64,000 nucleotides of DNA from Eledone cirrhosa. Lineage: Eukaryota. The stretch spans positions 331,638,001 through 331,702,000 of the forward strand of contig OZ024742.1 of the NCBI GenBank assembly GCA_964016885.1. Direction: 5' to 3'. This document shows positions 58,401-64,000 of this stretch, one piece after another. The position numbers and the translations under genes were made by a program. The notes below the pieces were generated by a model. The model had not been told where the DNA came from. It saw nothing but the letters and a program-made list of their open reading frames with translations, and did not search any database. The number at the start of each line of letters is the position of its first letter. The stretch's first letter is position 1.

Positions 58401-60530
58401 ACACTGAATATTGAAGGTTATTTTTGGCAGAAGAGAGGATTTAGTGGCAGTTTGGGTGAACACTGAACACTGAATATTGAATATTGAAGGTTATTTTTGG
58501 CAGAAGAGAGGATTTAGTGGCAGTTGGGGTGAACACTGAATACTGAATATTGAAGGTTATTTTTGGCAGAAGATAGGATTTAGTGGCAGTTGGGGTGAAC
58601 ATTGAACACTGAATATTGAATATTGAAGGTTATTTTTGGCAGAAGAGAGGATTTAGTGGCAGTTGGGTTGAACACTGAACACTGAATATTGAAGGTTATT
58701 TTTGCAGAAGAGAGGATTTAGTGGCAGTTGGGGTGAACACTAAACATTGAATGTTGAATATTGAAGGTTATTTTTGGCAGAAGAGAGGATTTAGTGGCAG
58801 TTGGGCTGAACAATGAACACTGAATATTGAATATTGAAGGTTATTTTTGGCGGAAGAGAGGATTTAGTGGCAGTTGGGGTGAACACTGAACACTGAATAT
58901 TGAACATTGAAGGTTATTTTTGGCAGAAGAGAGGACTTAGTGGCTGTTGGGGTGAACACTGAACACTGAATATTGAAGGATATTTTTGGCAGAAGAGAGG
59001 ATTTAGTGGCAGTTGGGGTCAACACTGAACACTGAACATTGAATATTGTAGGTTATTTTTGCAGAAGAGAGGATTTAGTGGCAGTTGGGTGAACACTGAA
59101 CACTGAAAACTGAATATTGAAGGTTCTTTTTGTAGAAGAGAGGACTTTGTGGCAGTTGGGGTGAACACTGAACACTGAATATTGAAGGTTATTTTTGGCA
59201 GAAGAGAGGATTTAGTGGCAGTTGGGGTGAACACTGAACACTGAATATTGAAGGTTATTTTTGGCAGAAGAGAGGATTTAGTGGCAGTTGGGTACAACAC
59301 TGAACACTGAATATTGAATATTGTAGGTTATTTTTGCAGAAGAGAGGATTTAGTGGCAGTAGGGGTGAACGCTGAACACTGAATTTTGAATATTGAAGTT
59401 TATTTTTGCAGAAGAGAGGATTTAGTGGCAGTTGGGGTGAACACTGAACACTGAATATTGAATATCGAAGGTTATTTTTGCAGAAGAGAGGATTTAGTGG
59501 CAGTTGGGGTGAACACTGAACACTGAATATTGAATATTGAAGGTTATTTTTGCAGAAGAGAGGATTTAGTGGCAGATGGGGTGAACACTGAACACTGAAC
59601 ACTGAATATTGAAGGTTATTTTTGGCAGAAGAGAGGATTTAGTGGCAGTTGGGGTGAACACTGAACACTGACTATTGAAGGTTATTTTTGGCAGAAGAGA
59701 GGATTTAGTGGCAGTTGGGATGAACACTGAACACTGAATATTGAAGGTTATTTTTGCAGAAGAGAGGATTTAGTGGCAGTTGGGGTGAACACTGAACACT
59801 GAATATTGAATATTGAAGGTTATTTTTGGCAGAAGAGAGGATTTAGTGGCAGTTGGGTTGAACACTGAACACTGAATATTGAAGGTTATTTTTGCAGAAG
59901 AGAGGATTTAGTGGCAGTTGGGGTGAACACTAAACACTGAATGTTGAATATTGAAGGTTATTTTTGGCAGAAGAGAGGATTTAGTGGCAGTTGGGGTCAA
60001 CACTGAACACTGAACATTGAATATTGTAGGTTATTTTTGCAGAAGAGAGGATTTAGTGGCAGTTGGGTGAACACTGAACACTGAAAACTGAATATTGAAG
60101 GTTCTTTTTGTAGAAGAGAGGATTTTGTGGCAGTTGGGGTGAACCCTGAACACTGAATATTGAAGGTTATTTTTGGCAGAAGAGAGGATTTAGTGGCAGT
60201 TGGGGTGAACACTGAACACTGAATATTGAATATTGAAGGTTATTTTTGGCAGAAGAGAGGATTTAGTGGCAGTTGGGGTGAACACTGAACACTGAATATT
60301 GAAGGTTATTTTTGGCAGAAGAGAGGATTTAGTGGCAGTTGGGGTCAACACTGAACACTGAATATTGAATATTGAAGTTTATTTTTGCAGAAGAGAGGAT
60401 TTAGTGGCAGTTGGGGTGAACACTGAACACTGAATATTGAATATTGAAGGTTATTTTTGCAGAAGAGAGGATTTAGTGGCAGTTGGGGTGAACACTGAAC
60501 ACTGAATATTGAATATTGAAGGTTATTTTT
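52420..60530 (+). repeat. Domain-B higher-order unit in three variable copies (offsets 2111/2038, then 2872/2945 bp)
   Basis: ORF series 52480/54591, 54036/56074/59019, 56310/59255 and 57052/59997. Private GAACCCT at 57196/60141. Each offset pair differs by exactly one 73-bp monomer. Confidence 0.88.
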
Positions 60531-60669
60531 GCAGAAGAGAGGATTTAGTGGCAGATGGGGTGAACACTGAACACTGAACACTGAATATTGAAGGTTATTT
60601 TTGGCAGAAGAGAGGATTTAGTGGCAGTTGGGTTGAACACTGAACACTGAATATTGAAGGTTATTTTTG

Positions 60670-63600
60670 CAGAAGAGAGGATTTAGTGGCAGTTGGGGTG
60701 AACACTGAACACTGAATATTGAATATTGAAGGTTATTTTTGCAGAAGAGAGGATTTAGTGGCAGTTGAGGTGAACACTGAACACTGAACACTGAATATTG
60801 AAGGTTATTTTTGCAGAAGAGAGGATTTAGTGGCAGTTGGGATGAACACTGAACACTGAATATTGAAGGTTATTTTTGCAGAAGAGAGGATTTAGTGGCA
60901 GTTGGGGTGAACACTGAACACTTAATATTGAATATTGAAGGTTATTTTTGCATAAGAGAGGATTTAGTGGCAGTTGGGTGAACACTGAACACTGAACACT
61001 GAATATTGAAGGTTCTATTTGCAGAAGAGAGGATTCAGTGGCAGTTGGGGTGAACACTAAACACTGAATATTGAAGGTTATTTTTGGCAGAAGAGAGGAT
61101 TTAGTGGTAGTTGGGGTGAACACTGAACACTGAATATTGAATATTGAAGGTGATTTTTGGCAGAAGAGAGGATTTAGTGGCAGTTGGGGTGAACATTGAA
61201 CACTGAATATTGAAGGTTATTTTTGGCAGAAGAGAGGATTTAGTGGCAGTTTGGGTGAACACTGAACACTGAATATTGAATATTGAAGGTTATTTTGGCA
61301 GAAGAGAGGATTTAGTGGCAGTTGGGGTGAACACTGAACACTGAATATTGAAGGTTATTTTTGTCAGAAGATAGGATTTAGTGGCAGTTGGGGTGAACAC
61401 TGAACACTGAACACTGAATATTGAAGGTTATATTTGGTAGAAGAGAGGATTTAGTGGCAGTTGGGGTGAACACTGAACACTGAATATTGAAGGTTATTTT
61501 TGCAGAAGAGAGGATTTAGTGGCAGTTGGGGTGAACACTGAACACTGAACACTGAATATTGAAGGTTATTTTTGAAGAAGAGAGGATTTAGTGGCAGTTG
61601 GGGTGAACACTGAACACTGAACACTGAATATTGAAGGTTATTTTTGGCAGAAGAGAGGATTTAGTGGCAGTTTGGGTGAACACTGAACACTGAATATTGA
61701 ATATTGAAGGTTATTTTTGGCAGAAGAGAGGATTTAGTGGCAGTTGGGGTGAACACTGAATACTGAATATTGAAGGTTATTTTTGGCAGAAGATAGGATT
61801 TAGTGGCAGTTGGGGTGAACACTGAACACTGAATATTGAATATTGAAGGTTATTTTTGCAGAAGAGAGGATTTAGTGGCAGTTGAGGTGAACACTGAACA
61901 CTGAACACTGAATATTGAAGGTTATTTTTGCAGAAGAGAGGATTTAGTGGCAGTTGGGGTGAACACTGAACACTTAATATTGAATATTGAAGGTTATTTT
62001 TGCATAAGAGAGGATTTAGTGGCAGTTGGGTGAACACTGAACACTGAACACTGAATATTGAAGGTTCTATTTGCAGAAGAGAGGATTCAGTGGCAGTTGG
62101 GGTGAACACTAAACACTGAATATTGAAGGTTATTTTTGGCAGAAGAGAGGATTTAGTGGTAGTTGGGGTGAACACTGAACACTGAATATTGAATATTGAA
62201 GGTGATTTTTGGCAGAAGAGAGGATTTAGTGGCAGTTGGGGTGAACATTGAACACTGAATATTGAAGGTTATTTTTGGCAGAAGAGAGGATTTAGTGGCT
62301 GTTTGGGTGAACACTGAACACTGAATATGGAATATTGAAGGTTATTTTGGCAGAAGAGAGGATTTAGTGGCAGTTGGGGTGAACACTGAACACTGAATAT
62401 TGAAGGTTATTTTTGCAGAAGAGAGGATTTAGTGGCAGTTGGGGTGAACACTGAACACTGAACACTGAATATTGAAGGTTATTTTTGAAGAAGAGAGGAT
62501 TTAGTGGCAGTTGGGGTGAACACTGAACACTGAACACTGAATATTGAAGGTTATTTTTGGCAGAAGAGAGGATTTAGTGGCAGTTTGGGTGAACACTGAA
62601 CACTGAATATTGAATATTGAAGGTTATTTTTGACATAAGAGAGGATTTAGTGGCAGTTGGGGTGAACACTGAATACTGAATATTGAAGGTTATTTTTGGC
62701 AGAAGATAGGATTTAGTGGCAGTTGGGGTGAACATTGAACACTGAATATTGAATATTGAAGGTTATTTTTGGCAGAAGAGAGGATTTAGTGGCAGTTGGG
62801 TTGAACACTGAACACTGAATATTGAAGGTTATTTTTGCAGAAGAGAGGATTTAGTGGCAGTTGGGGTGAACACTAAACACTGAATGTTGAATATTGAAGG
62901 TTATTTTTGCAGAAGAGAGGATTTAGTGGCAGTTGGAGTGAACACTGAACACTGAATATTGAATATTGAAGGTTATTTTTGCAGAAGAGAGGATTTAGTG
63001 GCAGATGGGGTGAACACTGAACACTGAACACTGAATATTGAAGGTTATTTTTGCAGAAGAGAGGATTTAGTGGCAGTTGGGGTGAACACTGAACACTGAA
63101 TATTGAATATTGAAGGTTATTTTTGCAGAAGAGAGGATTTAGTGGCAGTTGAGGTGAACACTGAACACTGAACACTGAATATTGAAGGTTATTTTTGCAG
63201 AAGAGAGGATTTAGTGGCAGTTGGGATGAACACTGAACACTGAATATTGAAGGTTATTTTTGCAGAAGAGAGGATTTAGTGGCAGTTGGGGTGAACACTG
63301 AACACTTAATATTGAATATTGAAGGTTATTTTTGCATAAGAGAGGATTTAGTGGCAGTTGGGTGAACACTGAACACTGAACACTGAATATTGAAGGTTCT
63401 ATTTGCAGAAGAGAGGATTCAGTGGCAGTTGGGGTGAACACTAAACACTGAATATTGAAGGTTATTTTTGGCAGAAGAGAGGATTTAGTGGTAGTTGGGG
63501 TGAACACTGAACACTGAATATTGAATATTGAAGGTGATTTTTGGCAGAAGAGAGGATTTAGTGGCAGTTGGGGTGAACATTGAACACTGAATATTGAAGG

Positions 63601-64000
63601 TTATTTTTGGCAGAAGAGAGGATTTAGTGGCAGTTTGGGTGAACACTGAACACTGAATATTGAATATTGAAGGTTATTTTGGCAGAAGAGAGGATTTAGT
63701 GGCAGTTGGGGTGAACACTGAACACTGAATATTGAAGGTTATTTTTGTCAGAAGATAGGATTTAGTGGCAGTTGGGGTGAACACTGAACACTGAACACTG
63801 AATATTGAAGGTTATATTTGGTAGAAGAGAGGATTTAGTTGCAGTTGGGGTGAACACTGAACACTGAATATTGAAGGTTATTTTTGCAGAAGAGAGGATT
63901 TAGTGGCAGTTGGGGTGAACACTGAACACTGAACACTGAATATTGAAGGTTATGTTTGAAGAAGAGAGGATTTAGTGGCAGTTGGGGTGAACAATGAACA
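60670..64000 (+). repeat. Segmental duplication, offset 2384 bp (second copy cut by the window end), with an internal partial copy at offset 1052 bp
   Basis: ORF pair 60827/63211, TTGTCAGAAGATAGG at ~61361/63745, and ORF ends 61123/62175/63507. Confidence 0.85.

Larger units (their letters stand above)
1..64000 (+). repeat. Tandem satellite array, ~70-bp monomer (65/66/71/72/73-bp variants), ~900 head-to-tail copies, running off both window ends
   Basis: The core CAGAAGAGAGGATTTAGTGGCAGTTGGGGT and the heptamer block (GAACACT)2-3(GAATATT)1-2GAAGGTT recur continuously from base 1 to 64000 in one orientation. Most monomers carry only 0-3 substitutions. Copy number is estimated as 64000/~70. Confidence 0.99.
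50330..64000 (+). repeat. Satellite sub-family domain B (right)
   Basis: A new recurring variant set appears: GACTATT (50704), TTGAGGTG (52627), TTCTATTTG (52810), TTCAGTGG (52831), GGTGATTTTT (52946), TTTTGAAGAAG (~53367), GGCGGAAG (~53866), GGGTACAAC (~54307) and AATATCGAA (~54485). I did not find the domain-A markers here. Confidence 0.85.

Noticed and set aside
1810-63507. The many minus-strand ORFs of 60-225 aa as protein-coding genes
   Set aside because: They are translations of runs of 72- or 66-bp monomers. The starts I checked are GTG-type codons inside the repeat. They end at the next 73/65-mer or TTAGGG, GTCAAC or GTTAAC variant, and have no unique domain or flanking gene structure. 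The + strand has no ORFs because TGA at 7-bp spacing closes all three frames.
1-64000. CRISPR array (constant ~37-bp core with a ~28-35-bp intervening segment)
   Set aside because: The intervening segments are the same heptamer block each time, not unique spacers. There is no leader and no cas gene.
1-64000. True telomeric repeat tract or strong G-quadruplex array
   Set aside because: TTGGGG and TTAGGG occur singly, once per ~70 bp. There are at most two G3+ runs close together, not the four needed for a canonical G4.
1-64000. Transposon, inverted repeats, tRNA/rRNA/5S or other structured RNA array
   Set aside because: I saw no reverse-orientation monomers, terminal repeats or target-site duplications. 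The low C content on the + strand limits stem formation, the only consensus palindrome of 6 bp or more is AATATT, and I recognise no RNA gene motif.
1-64000. Monomer variant order as an information-carrying code or cassette system
   Set aside because: The order is explained by nested segmental duplication and deletion of an ancestral block. No recombinase, reverse transcriptase or expression site is present.
1-64000. Whole window as a sequencing concatemer or artefact
   Set aside because: Variants are inherited hierarchically across nested copies with consistent offsets, which random errors or rolling-circle artefacts would not produce. Individual near-identical duplications could still be assembly errors.

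Overview
The whole 64-kb window is one uninterrupted, single-orientation tandem-repeat (satellite DNA) array of roughly 900 monomers, most likely eukaryotic heterochromatin. I cannot identify the organism or repeat family from sequence alone. The consensus monomer is 72 bp: GAACACT GAACACT GAATATT GAATATT GAAGGTT ATTTTTGCAGAAGAGAGGATTTAGTGGCAGTTGGGGT (A23 C6 G21 T22, 37.5% GC, no CpG). Common length classes are 65, 66, 71, 72 and 73 bp. They arise from gain or loss of an internal 7-bp unit, an optional G (TTTTTGC vs TTTTTGGC) and GGGG>GGG. I see no genes, RNA genes, transposon insertions, inversions or unique sequence, and all listed ORFs are by-products of the repeat. The real structure is hierarchical: 7-bp subunits, ~70-bp monomers, an old ~22-monomer higher-order skeleton, and many recent, nested, near-identical segmental duplications with offsets from about 0.2 to 11.3 kb. 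At ~50.2-50.3 kb the array switches sharply to a second sub-family with its own diagnostic variants. I find no good evidence for a novel gene system. Duplication boundaries were read by eye from diagnostic variants and ORF-track offsets and are approximate to about one or two monomers.
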